In this document: one piece after another, positions 1-8,848 of the stretch | Position numbering within the stretch: the first letter of the stretch is position 1 | Layout of the letters: each line of letters starts with the position of its first letter | DNA from: Actinomycetota bacterium | GTDB lineage: Bacteria; Actinomycetota; UBA4738; HRBIN12 | DNA: 64,000 nucleotides | Reading direction: 5' to 3' | Assembly (NCBI GenBank): GCA_035249905.1 | Contig: DATFFT010000003.1 | Span: 2,756 to 66,755 of the forward strand | Position numbers and translations under genes: made by a program | Notes under the pieces: model-generated | What the model saw: only the letters and a program-made list of their open reading frames with translations | What the model was told of the DNA's origin: nothing | The model's database searches: none

Positions 1-220
1 CGGCGAGCGTCGCCGACCACCGGCCGGCGTCGTCGCCGGCGACCTGCGCCGCTCGGGTGGAGAGCCACGAGCCCGCCGCGAGCACGAGCACGATCCCGGT
101 GGTGAGGGTGAAGAAGCCGCGCTTGACCTCGTTCCACAACGGGGTCAGCCACAGGAACGCCAGCGAGCCGGTCACCGCCTGGGCCAGCACGAGCGCCATG
201 TAGCCGGCCGCGCCGGTCAC
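1..220 (-). CDS. hypothetical integral membrane protein, N-terminal part only (gene runs off the left edge)
   Basis: Reverse strand from GTG at 220, with GAGGGAAG 6 nt upstream, reads VTGAAGYMALVLAQAVTGSLAFLWLTPLWNEVKRGFFTLTTGIVLVLAAGSWL. This gives two hydrophobic helix-like stretches. It is absent from the ORF track because there is no stop codon inside the window. Confidence 0.4.
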   Translation of the reverse strand, partial: MTGAAGYMALVLAQAVTGSLAFLWLTPLWNEVKRGFFTLTTGIVLVLAAGSWLSTRAAQVAGDDAGRWSATLA

Positions 221-331
221 CGTGTCTTCCCTCGCATACGGCCCGAAGCCTACCCGTGAGGATCCCGAACCCCGCCGTGCCGGCGAGTGTTCGACCCCGG
301 CGTTCACGCCGGGGGCCGATACGATTGCCCG

Positions 332-1126
332 ATGGAGGACTGGCGCACCTACGACGACGTCGCCGAGACCTACGAGCGGGTCCATGCCCCGCGGCTCGCT
401 GAGGTGGCTCGCGACCTGGTGGAGATGATCGACCTGCCCGACGGTGCCGCCGTGCTCGACGTCGGCACCGGCACCGGGGTCGCCGCCCAGGCCGCCGCCG
501 ACGCCGGGGCCGCGGTGGTCGGAGTCGACGAGTCCCTGGGCATGCTGCTCGTCGCCCGACGGGAGCGTCCGAAAGTGCCGGTCGTGGCCGCGCACGCGAT
601 CGACCTCCCCTTCGGACCGGGCCGGTTCGATGCCGTGCTCGGGTCGTTCGTGCTCGCGCACTTCGACAAGATCGAGACCGCGCTGTTCGACATCGCCCGG
701 GTGATGCGGCCCGACGGCCGCGTCGCCTTCTCGTCGTGGTCCGACCGTGACGATGCCTACCAGGAGGCGTGGCGTGAGATCGTCACGACGGTCGTGCCCC
801 GGGAGATGCTGGCGTCCGCGTACGCGGGGGCCGCTCCCGGACACGACCGGCTCAAGTCGCGCACGAACGTCGAGGAGGCCCTCATCGACGCCGACTTCCG
901 GAGCGTGAGGACCGAGGTGGTGAAGTACCGGTGGACGTACTCACTCGAGGAATACCTCGACGGTCTGCAGGTGTGGGCCACCGGCCGGTTCACGAAGAAC
1001 ATGCTGGGCGAGCCGGGCTGGGCGTCGCTGCGAGAACGCGCACGAACCGTGTTCGCGGAGCGGTTCCCCGATCCGCTCAACGACTTCCGCGATGTGATCC
1101 TCGCGACGGCGACGAAGCCCGCCTGA
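332..1126 (+). CDS. class I SAM-dependent methyltransferase
   Basis: ORF 287..1126. SAM-binding motif I VLDVGTGTGVAA followed by VVGVDES. The internal ATG at 332 (MEDWRTYDDVAETYE) is preferred over the GTG at 287. Confidence 0.85.
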   Translation: MEDWRTYDDVAETYERVHAPRLAEVARDLVEMIDLPDGAAVLDVGTGTGVAAQAAADAGAAVVGVDESLGMLLVARRERPKVPVVAAHAIDLPFGPGRFDAVLGSFVLAHFDKIETALFDIARVMRPDGRVAFSSWSDRDDAYQEAWREIVTTVVPREMLASAYAGAAPGHDRLKSRTNVEEALIDADFRSVRTEVVKYRWTYSLEEYLDGLQVWATGRFTKNMLGEPGWASLRERARTVFAERFPDPLNDFRDVILATATKPA

Positions 1127-1129
1127 CGC

Positions 1130-1990
1130 TCACCGGGGATCGAAGCGAGTGAACACGAGGGACCCGGGGGTGCCGTCGGGCATCAGGACCTCGTCGTAAC
1201 ACGCCGCGAGCTGGCGGCCGAGCCGCTCCGAGTGATCGACGTCGTCGGCCGACACGTTCGCGAGCACCATCGCGCCACCGGCGACGCCGGGGTTCAAGGT
1301 GCTCTGGCCCCGCAGGAACGCGGTCCCGAGGTCGAGCGAGTGGACCGCGGCAACATCCAGGGCGGAGCTCGCGAAGAGCTCGCCACGCTCGCGTGCATCG
1401 TGGTAGCCGAACCACAGCGCCGTCGGGAAGCCGCGCGCGGCGAGCCCCGAGAACAGGTCGAGCGAGTCCGTGCCGTCGGACGACCTCTCGGTCGCGTCGA
1501 ACGGGTCGACCAGCACGATGGTCGAAGCCGCGGCTTCGGGCGGAAGATCCCGGGCGCTCGCCCAGATCGTCGCGATCCCGTCGGCGCGTTCGATCCGGAC
1601 CAGGTCGGCGAGGTCCAACTCCCGCGCCGAGCGAGTGAGATCCGCGACGCTGGGAGCGTCGAGGTCGCAGAGCAGATACGTGGCTCCCTCGCCCAGCACC
1701 TCCATCGCGAGGCGCGCGGATCCGGGGTACCGAGGCTGGTCGTCGTCGCCGGGAGGCAGGGTGCGCACGAGCCAGAGGTACCTCGACCGATCGATCGCGG
1801 GTGCTCGAGGCGCCTCGCGGATCAGCGTGTACACGCCGTACTCCCGTTCCCACGAGCGGTGGAGCGGGTAGGTCCCCGAGCCGGCGTGCGTCTCCCAGTA
1901 GCGCGCGGGTCGCATGCGGTCGAGGAGATCGCCGAGCACCAGGTGCTTCCACACGTCGCCGATCTGCCCGAAGTGCTGGTTCGCCATCAC
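1130..1990 (-). CDS. RlmJ-family (adenine-N6 methyltransferase-like) protein with a degenerate motif IV
   Basis: The blocks HFGQIGDVWKHLVL, YWETHAGSGTYPL, RYPGSARLA, ERADG and IVLVDPFDA line up with E. coli RlmJ blocks HAGNHADVLKH, DTHAGAGRYQL, YYPGSPLIA, KADG and LILIDPPYE (recalled from memory). The motif reads DPFD instead of DPPY. Confidence 0.65.
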   Translation of the reverse strand: MMANQHFGQIGDVWKHLVLGDLLDRMRPARYWETHAGSGTYPLHRSWEREYGVYTLIREAPRAPAIDRSRYLWLVRTLPPGDDDQPRYPGSARLAMEVLGEGATYLLCDLDAPSVADLTRSARELDLADLVRIERADGIATIWASARDLPPEAAASTIVLVDPFDATERSSDGTDSLDLFSGLAARGFPTALWFGYHDARERGELFASSALDVAAVHSLDLGTAFLRGQSTLNPGVAGGAMVLANVSADDVDHSERLGRQLAACYDEVLMPDGTPGSLVFTRFDPR

Positions 1991-2180
1991 CCGCGAGCCT
2001 ACGGCAGGTCCCTCAGCGCTCGAGCTGCCCGGTGATGAGGAGCCCGCAAGGGGGACCGTCGACCCCTAGGAGTTGTCCCGTTGCGGACGGCTGGCTCGTT
2101 CCGTCGCCAGCTTGACCTTCCGAGGCGATCTGGGATATCGAAGCGTCCGTGGATGTGCCCGCATCCCGAGGAGGCCAGTG

Positions 2181-2561
2181 ATGTCGACCGAACGAACCGT
2201 CCAGACGCTTCGGCAGGTCCTCGACGCGTTCAACGAGCACGACCTCGACGCGATCATGGCCCACTTCGCCGAGGACTGCGTGTTCGATGCTCCACGAGGC
2301 CCCGATCCGTGGGGCCGCCGGTTCGTCGGGAAGGACGAGGTGCGCCGTGGGCTCGCGGGCCGCTTCGAGGGCATCCCCGACGTGCACTACGGTGAGGACG
2401 ATCACTTCGCGTCCGGTGCCCGCGGCGTCTCGGAGTGGACGATCACGGGCACCGACCTCGACGGGGAACGGATCGAGGTTCGCGGATGCGACCTCTGGAC
2501 CTTCGCGGACGACGGAACGATCGTTCGCAAGGACAGCTTCTGGAAGCTCCGCGAGAAGTAG
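2181..2561 (+). CDS. SnoaL-like / NTF2-fold protein
   Basis: ORF 2073..2561. ATG at 2181 is preceded by GAGGAGG. The sequence MSTERTVQTLRQVLDAFNEHDLDAIMAHFAEDCVF is typical of SnoaL_2-type proteins. Confidence 0.8.
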   Translation: MSTERTVQTLRQVLDAFNEHDLDAIMAHFAEDCVFDAPRGPDPWGRRFVGKDEVRRGLAGRFEGIPDVHYGEDDHFASGARGVSEWTITGTDLDGERIEVRGCDLWTFADDGTIVRKDSFWKLREK

Positions 2562-2681
2562 ATCGACTAGAGCAGGAAGAGCCGCCGCGGGATCGACAGA
2601 TCGTTGTCGCCGTTCCCTCCGAACTCGTTCCGACGCGCCGAAGCCTCGGATGTCACGGGGATGGTCTCGACCCGAGCCCGT

Positions 2682-3410
2682 TCAGTCCGAGAGATCGAGC
2701 ACGCGGAACTCCTCGGCCCGCTCCGCGCCGATCTTCGTCCCCGCTTCCACGGCTTCCTCGACGAGGAATCTCTCGAAATAGGCGATGCCCTCCGACAGCT
2801 GGGAGTCGTGCTTCGCGAGCGCGTCGATCTTGCGGCGCCACGACGCGGTGACGTCCTCCACGTGGTTCGGCTCGTTCGTCCAACCGAGCCAGACCTCGGT
2901 GATGTCCTGCACGCCGAGGCCGTCGCCGAGATGCTCGGGGAAGAAGTGCGGGTTCCCCGAGCCGGGGAACGCCGAGTCGAGCGCGATCCACCCGGCCGTG
3001 CGGTGGTCGGAGTGATTGTAGTAGCTGTTGCGGAAGAACACGGCGGTCGGATCGACCGAGAGCACGGTCTCGGCCCGCACCTCACGGATGCGCCGCACGA
3101 CCTGTTCGCGAACCTCGACCGCGTTCTGCAGTTCGCCGTCGTGCACGTCGAGGATGCGCACGCTCGCGAGGCCGAGCACCTCCCCGGCGGCCTGGGTCTC
3201 GCCGACCCGGATCCGGGCGAGCTCGGCGCGATCGAGCTGTGGATCCTGGGAGCCGCGATCCCCGTTCGTGAGCACGAGCAGGTGCACCTCGCGGCCTGCG
3301 GCGACCCAGTTCGCCATCGTGCCTCCGGCAGCGATCTCGGCGTCGTCGGCGTGCGCGAAGACGCCGAGCACCGGACCTGTGCGCGGTTCGGAGGATCCGC
3401 TGCTCGCCAC
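2682..3410 (-). CDS. PIG-L / LmbE family N-acetylglucosaminyl deacetylase
   Basis: VFAHADDAEIAAGGT (AHPDDE-type motif) and NHSDHRTAG (HxDH). The GTG start lies 4 nt after the pepA stop. Confidence 0.85.
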   Translation of the reverse strand: MASSGSSEPRTGPVLGVFAHADDAEIAAGGTMANWVAAGREVHLLVLTNGDRGSQDPQLDRAELARIRVGETQAAGEVLGLASVRILDVHDGELQNAVEVREQVVRRIREVRAETVLSVDPTAVFFRNSYYNHSDHRTAGWIALDSAFPGSGNPHFFPEHLGDGLGVQDITEVWLGWTNEPNHVEDVTASWRRKIDALAKHDSQLSEGIAYFERFLVEEAVEAGTKIGAERAEEFRVLDLSD

Positions 3411-3414
3411 GACG

Positions 3415-4890
3415 CTACGCGGCGCGATCGAGCACGAACCGCACGAGCGTGCGAACCGGCACGCCGGTCGAACCGCGAGGGCTCAGGTCGGTGCCACGTT
3501 CGCTGAACCCGGGCCCGGCCATGTCGACGTGGCACCAGGGTGTGTCACCGACGAACTCAGCGAGGAACCAGGCGGCGGTGATCGCGCCTCCCCACCGGTC
3601 GCCGACGTTCTTGATATCGGCCACGCTCGAATCGATCAGCTGGCGGTACTCCTCGTGCAGCGGAAGCTGCCAGATCGGCTCCCCCGTGGCATCGCCCGCG
3701 GCGATGAGCTGGCGGATCAGCTCGTCGTCGTTGCCCATCGCCCCGGAGATGCCCTGGCCGAGCGCAACGACGCACGCGCCGGTGAGCGTGGCGGTGTCGA
3801 CGATCAGCTTCGGCTTCTTCTCGGTGAGGAACGCCAGAGCGTCGGCGAGCACGAGGCGGCCTTCCGCGTCGGTGTTGAGCACCTCCGACGTCGTGCCGCC
3901 GCGGTGGGTGATCACGTCGCCCGGCTTCTGGGCCGATCCGCTCGGAAGGTTCTCGGCGCACGGGATCGCCGCGATCACGTTGATCTTCGGCTTCAGGCGC
4001 GCGATCGCCTTCATCGTGGCGAGGATCGAGGCGGCGCCGCCCATGTCGTACTTCATCGTCTCCATGCCCTTGGCGTCCTTGATCGACAGGCCGCCGGAGT
4101 CGAACGCGATGCCCTTGCCCGAGAGCGCGATCGGAGTGGCGTTGCCAGCGCCCGTGTACGTCACCTCGATCATGCGCGGGGGGTTCACGCTTCCCTTGCC
4201 GACGCCGAGGATGCCGCCGAACCCGCCCTTCTCGAGCTGGGACTCGTTCCAGACCTTGCAGGTCAGGCCCACCGAGCGGGCCATGCGCTGGGCCTCTCGC
4301 GCGATCTCGGCCGGGGGCATGTCGCCGGCCGGTGTGTTCACCAGGTCGCGCGCCCAGCAGACCGCGTCGACGACGATCGCGGCACGCTTCACGGCCGCGG
4401 TCAACGGCTTCGCGTCCCACGCCGGGTTCCCGAGCACGATCACCCGCTTGAGCCCGTTGCCGTCCTCACGCTTCGACCGGTACCTATCGAACCGGTAGTC
4501 GCCGAGGCCGAGCCCCTCGGCGGCGGCTTGGACCGCATCGTCGGCTCGACGGGCGCCGAACGCGATCGGGAACGTCGTCGCGACCGTGCCGAAGCGTCGG
4601 GCCGTGGCGGCGGCTCGGCCGAGCGCCCGGCGCGAAGTCTCGACCGTGAACTCGTCCTTCGGGCCGACGCCCACGAGCAGGACCGCGTCGGCAACGAACC
4701 GGGCTCGATCGTCGCGGGTCACCAGGAGGGACTCCCCCCGCTTGCCGGTGTGCTTCGCGGCCGTGTATGCCTTCACGAGCCCGACCTCTCGTGTTCCCGG
4801 TCCCGGCGTCGGACCCTGGAACACCGGCACGATCAGCAGCCCGGCCTTGACCTCGGTCGGCGCCTGGCTCGAGTACGCATACGTGGTCAC
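3415..4890 (-). CDS. pepA: leucyl aminopeptidase (M17)
   Basis: C-terminal part of the 897-aa ORF 3415..6108. GTG at 4890 is preceded by GAAGGAG. Motifs GKGIAFDSGGLSIK and NTDAEGRLVLADAL. Confidence 0.9.
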   Translation of the reverse strand: MTTYAYSSQAPTEVKAGLLIVPVFQGPTPGPGTREVGLVKAYTAAKHTGKRGESLLVTRDDRARFVADAVLLVGVGPKDEFTVETSRRALGRAAATARRFGTVATTFPIAFGARRADDAVQAAAEGLGLGDYRFDRYRSKREDGNGLKRVIVLGNPAWDAKPLTAAVKRAAIVVDAVCWARDLVNTPAGDMPPAEIAREAQRMARSVGLTCKVWNESQLEKGGFGGILGVGKGSVNPPRMIEVTYTGAGNATPIALSGKGIAFDSGGLSIKDAKGMETMKYDMGGAASILATMKAIARLKPKINVIAAIPCAENLPSGSAQKPGDVITHRGGTTSEVLNTDAEGRLVLADALAFLTEKKPKLIVDTATLTGACVVALGQGISGAMGNDDELIRQLIAAGDATGEPIWQLPLHEEYRQLIDSSVADIKNVGDRWGGAITAAWFLAEFVGDTPWCHVDMAGPGFSERGTDLSPRGSTGVPVRTLVRFVLDRAA

Positions 4891-4994
4891 GTCGTGTCGC
4901 TCCTTCTCGGGGTCATCCGCGTGCCGCAGCGCTCGCGGCTGGCGGGAGTGTAGTGGCCGAGGCCCGGACCTCGCCTCGGCGCGGACGACGCGGG

Positions 4995-5159
4995 TCAGGA
5001 TCGCTCGCCGGACCGCGCCGTCGCCGAGTACAGCTCGACGCGTCGCTGTACCCGACGTCGGGATCGGGGGGCAAGGATGCCGAGCTCCGTGAGCCTCGCG
5101 ATCTCGGCCGGCTCCACACCGGCACGGTCGGCCGCCGCCTCGAGTGAGTGCCCGGCCAT
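4995..5159 (-). CDS. possible small MerR-like HTH peptide (54 aa), doubtful
   Basis: Read by hand; it is below the ORF-track length cutoff. MAGHSLEAAADRAGVEPAEIARLTELGILAP resembles an HTH. After a C6 run the sequence becomes an Arg-rich tail. Confidence 0.25.
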   Translation of the reverse strand: MAGHSLEAAADRAGVEPAEIARLTELGILAPRSRRRVQRRVELYSATARSGERS

Positions 5160-5227
5160 CGCTCCACCCTACCGACGCGCGTCGACCAGACCTGGGCCGG
5201 CGACTGCGGACGTCTAGGCTGTCGGCG

Positions 5228-5557
5228 ATGAAGCCACGTGACATGCGAGATCTCGTGTGGTTCGACGACGAGGCTGCGCGCACCGAGGTGCTCTTCGAGA
5301 GCGAGCGCATCTGGAGCCAGCTCGTCTGCCTGCAAGGCGCCCAGGGCATCGGGCCGATCGCCGACAAGCACGCCGACGCCATCGTGTCGGTGCTCGCCGG
5401 CGAAGTCGCGGTGCAGGTCGGGAAGGGGCGCGCCCGCATGCAGCAGTGGCACGCCGTGCTCGTGCCCGCGGGAACCCAGCTCACGATCCGCAACGCGTCG
5501 GACGAGCCCGCCGTCGTGCAGGTGACGACCGCGCCACCTCCGGCTTCCTCCATCTGA
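5228..5557 (+). CDS. cupin domain protein
   Basis: ORF 5144..5557 with an internal ATG at 5228 (MKPRDMRDLVWFDD). The beta-rich core IVSVLAGEVAVQVGKGRARMQQWHAVLVPAGTQLTIRN is cupin_2-like. Confidence 0.7.
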   Translation: MKPRDMRDLVWFDDEAARTEVLFESERIWSQLVCLQGAQGIGPIADKHADAIVSVLAGEVAVQVGKGRARMQQWHAVLVPAGTQLTIRNASDEPAVVQVTTAPPPASSI

Positions 5558-5564
5558 TCCGAGG

Positions 5565-7169
5565 TCAGATCCGGCCGAAGGTCCCGACGCGGAAGCGATC
5601 GATCGCGATCGTGATCGCCGCCGTGACCGTCATCAACAGCACGCTCATCGCGGTGGCCTGGCCGATCGAGGCGGCGCCGGGCTGTGAGAGCAGGCGCACG
5701 ATGGCGACCGGCATCGTGGGCGAGTCGAGCCGAGCCACGAACGCGGTCGCGCCGAACTCCCCGAGCGCCACAGCGAAGGCGAACGCGGCCGCGCCGAGGA
5801 TCGCCCGCGAGGCGACCGGCAGCAGCACGTCGCGGCTCGTCTGCCACGGTGACGCCCCGAGCGCCGCCGCCTGCTCGCGGAGGTCGTGCCCGGCGGAGGC
5901 CAGCACCGGCTCGACCAGGCGCACGACGAACGGGACCGCGACCACAGCCTGGGCGGCCACCAGCAGCCAGACGCTCCCGCGGATGTCGAGCGCGCCGGTG
6001 TCGAACGCCACGACGTAGCCGAATCCGATCGTGACTGCGGAGACGCCGAGCGGCACGGTCGAGAGCCCTCGCAGCCACGAGCCACGGGCCGACCCCGCCA
6101 CCACCCATGCGGCCAGCACCCCCACGACGATCGCGATCGCCGCCGCGCCAACCGCCACGCGCAGGGACGTCGTCACCGCGCTCAGGGCGGAGATCGGCAA
6201 CGCGCTCCCCTCACGAACGCTGCCGAGCTCGAGGTAGCGGTCGAGGGTGAGTCCCGCGGGCGTTCGAAGCGACCGCCAGACGAGCCGCAGCGGAGGACCG
6301 AGGACCGCCAGCGCCAGGAGCGGAGCGCCGAGGGCGACGAACGCGCGTTCCCCGCGGGTGCGAGGCGGCCGCGCCGCGTCGGCCGAGGCGACGATGCGCT
6401 GTCGCACCGCCGCACGCGACTCGGTCACCGAGGTGACCCACAGCAGCGCAGAGACGATCGCGAGCTGCACCAGGGTGAGCGCCGCCGCGACCGGCAGGTT
6501 CAACAGCTGGGACGTCTGCCGGAAGATCTCCACCTCGATCGTCGGGCGCGACGGACCGGCGAGCAGCAACGCGACGCCGAACGACGTGAACGTGAACAGG
6601 AACACCAGCGTGGCCGCGCCGACGATGGCCGGGCGGGCGAGCGGCAGCAGCACGTCGGTGAACCGGCGAACACCCGTGGCTCCCATCTCGGCGGCGAGGT
6701 CCTCGTAGGCAGGATCGAGCTGCGACCAGAACCCACCGACGACCCGCACGACCACGGCGAGGTTGAAGAAGACGTGCGCCGCGAACAGTGCCGCGAGCGA
6801 AGGCCTCGACCCGGCGAAGGCCGTGCCCACGACCACCGTCGGCAGCACGAACGCAACGAGCGTGGCGACGCGCAGGCCCGACCGCCCTGGGAAGCGGAAC
6901 CGCGCGAGCAGATGGGCGGCCGGCAGCCCGAGCGTCAGCGTGAGGGCAGTCGAGACGACGGCCTGCCACGTGGTGAACCAGATCACCCCCCGCAGCCGGG
7001 CATCGCCGAGCACGGTGCCGGGCGAGACCTCACCGATCACCGAGCCCAGGATCGACGCCAGGGGGTAGACGAAGAACAACGCGAGGAAGGCGATCGGCAC
7101 CGCCGCGAGCGCGATCCGCCCGAGGGCCGGCCTCAACCGAACATCAGATCGGTCCACGCTTGGACCCAT
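5565..7169 (-). CDS. thiP: ABC transporter permease with two fused permease domains (ThiP/FbpB-like)
   Basis: ORF 5565..7235. About 12 predicted TM stretches in two repeats. It follows the binding-protein gene in a TPP-riboswitch operon. The start is approximate (ATG 7169). Confidence 0.8.
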   Translation of the reverse strand: MGPSVDRSDVRLRPALGRIALAAVPIAFLALFFVYPLASILGSVIGEVSPGTVLGDARLRGVIWFTTWQAVVSTALTLTLGLPAAHLLARFRFPGRSGLRVATLVAFVLPTVVVGTAFAGSRPSLAALFAAHVFFNLAVVVRVVGGFWSQLDPAYEDLAAEMGATGVRRFTDVLLPLARPAIVGAATLVFLFTFTSFGVALLLAGPSRPTIEVEIFRQTSQLLNLPVAAALTLVQLAIVSALLWVTSVTESRAAVRQRIVASADAARPPRTRGERAFVALGAPLLALAVLGPPLRLVWRSLRTPAGLTLDRYLELGSVREGSALPISALSAVTTSLRVAVGAAAIAIVVGVLAAWVVAGSARGSWLRGLSTVPLGVSAVTIGFGYVVAFDTGALDIRGSVWLLVAAQAVVAVPFVVRLVEPVLASAGHDLREQAAALGASPWQTSRDVLLPVASRAILGAAAFAFAVALGEFGATAFVARLDSPTMPVAIVRLLSQPGAASIGQATAMSVLLMTVTAAITIAIDRFRVGTFGRI

Positions 7170-8206
7170 GCGTCCCGCTCGGCGGCCACCCGCTCGGGGG
7201 GGAGCGCGAGCGGCGCCTCGGGCTCCTCGGACCATCGCTCGACCTCAGGCGGCAGCTCGGCGTCGTCGACGACCGGGAAGACGAACATCCGCAACGGCAC
7301 GTCTTCCTGGAACCGCCTCGACAGGAGGAAGTCGATCACCCGGCGGGCCTCTGCCGGATGTTCGGTGCCGGCGAGCACGCCGGCGAACTCCACCTGGCGG
7401 TAGCAGCTCTCGGTGACGGCGGCCGTGGGCGCCTCGTCGAGGGGCTCCTCCGCGAAGACGACCTCGGCCACCGGGCTCGTCGCGTACGAGACCACGATCG
7501 GACGATCGCCTTCACCGCCACCCGCACCGGAGAATCCCCCGTAGTACGCCTGCTCCCATCCGTCGACGACGAGCACATCGTTGGCGCGCAGTTCCTGCCA
7601 GAACCCCTGCCATCCGTCGTCGCCGAATCGAGCGATCGTCGCCAGCAAGAACGCGAGCCCGGGGGTCGAGGTGGCCGGGTTCTCGACCACGGTCAGTCCC
7701 CGGTAGGCGGGGTCGACGAGGTCGTCGAGGCGTGCGGGTGGGGCGAGATCGCGCTCGGCGAACCAGCCCAGATCCACGTTGAGACAGACGTCGCCGTGAT
7801 CGACGGGTGTGACCGCATGCGTGGGATCGAGCTGGAACCGTTCGTCGACCCGCCTCAGCGCCGGCGACTCGTACGGCTCGAAGACGTCCGCATCGACCGC
7901 CTTCGGGAACAGGTTGCTGTCGACGCCGAAGAGCACGTCGCCCTCCGGGTTCCCCGCGGTGAGGATCGCGCGGTTCACGAGCTGGCCGGCGTCGCCCGCG
8001 GGCACGATGCGCAGGTCGATGCCGCTATCGCGCTCGAACGCCCTGACCACGCTCTTGGAAACGTCGAAGGAGTCGTGGGTGAGCAGGGTGACCGCGACCG
8101 GCTCCGAGGGCGTGGCCGACCGCGGCGGCGGATCCCCACCATCTCCGGAGCACGAGGCGAGCAGGAACGTCGCACACACGGCGACTGCGAAGGTGCGCGG
8201 GGTCAT
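7133..8206 (-). CDS. thiB: thiamine/TPP-type ABC substrate-binding lipoprotein
   Basis: ORF 7133..8341. ATG at 8206 gives MTPRTFAVAVCATFLLASCSGDGG (lipobox LLASC). There is an ATGA overlap with the thiN stop. Operon context with a THI-box. Confidence 0.8.
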   Translation of the reverse strand: MTPRTFAVAVCATFLLASCSGDGGDPPPRSATPSEPVAVTLLTHDSFDVSKSVVRAFERDSGIDLRIVPAGDAGQLVNRAILTAGNPEGDVLFGVDSNLFPKAVDADVFEPYESPALRRVDERFQLDPTHAVTPVDHGDVCLNVDLGWFAERDLAPPARLDDLVDPAYRGLTVVENPATSTPGLAFLLATIARFGDDGWQGFWQELRANDVLVVDGWEQAYYGGFSGAGGGEGDRPIVVSYATSPVAEVVFAEEPLDEAPTAAVTESCYRQVEFAGVLAGTEHPAEARRVIDFLLSRRFQEDVPLRMFVFPVVDDAELPPEVERWSEEPEAPLALPPERVAAERDAWVQAWTDLMFG

Positions 8207-8844
8207 GTCGTCGCCTCGTCGCCCGGCCTGATGGCGAGGACGACGCCCTCGGCGACCTCGACCACCACACGTTCCGCGAGGAAGCGGTTGCTCACACCGA
8301 GGCTCGAACCCGGGTCCAGCACCGCGTCCTCGAGCGGCCACCGCAGCCCCTCGGCACGGACCCCCCGCGCCGATCCGCCGAGCGCGAACAGGCTGATCAG
8401 CTCGCCCGGCGTTCCGGCGAGCTCGCGCCGGCTCCGGCAGACGTGCAGCAGAGACCCCCCGAACACCCCGTCGACCTCCACGGCGGCGTATCGCGGCGAA
8501 CCCATGACCAGCGCATTGCCGAAGAGGTGGTCGAGGCGGCCCCCGCCTCCACCGACGACGACCACGCGCCCGACCCCCGCCACGACCGCCGCTTCGATCG
8601 CGAGATCGAGGTCGGTCGCGTCCTTGTCGTCCGGGTACCGGCGGATCTCACCGCCCTCGCGCTCGAACCGCTCGAGGGAATCGGCGTCGACGGAGTCCAT
8701 GTCGCCGACGAGGAGCTCGACCCGCACCCCCAGACGTTCGGCTTCGGCCAGCCCCACGTCGGCGGCGATGACGAGCGCATCGTCGGGCACCACGAGGGGC
8801 ACTCGCGAGGGCCCACCCCCGCAGAAGATGAAAGCGGATCGCAC
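8203..8844 (-). CDS. thiN: thiamine pyrophosphokinase
   Basis: ORF 8203..8868. Motifs LLVGDMDSV, DKDATDLDLA and GGGGGRLDH. I place the start at GTG 8844, 7 nt after GGAGGGAG, because the ORF-track ATG at 8868 lies inside the riboswitch. Confidence 0.85.
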   Translation of the reverse strand: MRSAFIFCGGGPSRVPLVVPDDALVIAADVGLAEAERLGVRVELLVGDMDSVDADSLERFEREGGEIRRYPDDKDATDLDLAIEAAVVAGVGRVVVVGGGGGRLDHLFGNALVMGSPRYAAVEVDGVFGGSLLHVCRSRRELAGTPGELISLFALGGSARGVRAEGLRWPLEDAVLDPGSSLGVSNRFLAERVVVEVAEGVVLAIRPGDEATT

Positions 8845-8848
8845 GGTC

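Noticed and set aside
4891-6108. The upstream ~400 aa of the 897-aa ORF 3415..6108, which would make a giant aminopeptidase
   Set aside because: The extension is Arg/Gly/Pro/Ala-rich with no protein-like pattern. It overlaps the cupin and permease genes. The M17 homology begins at the GTG at 4890, which has a good GAAGGAG ribosome-binding site.
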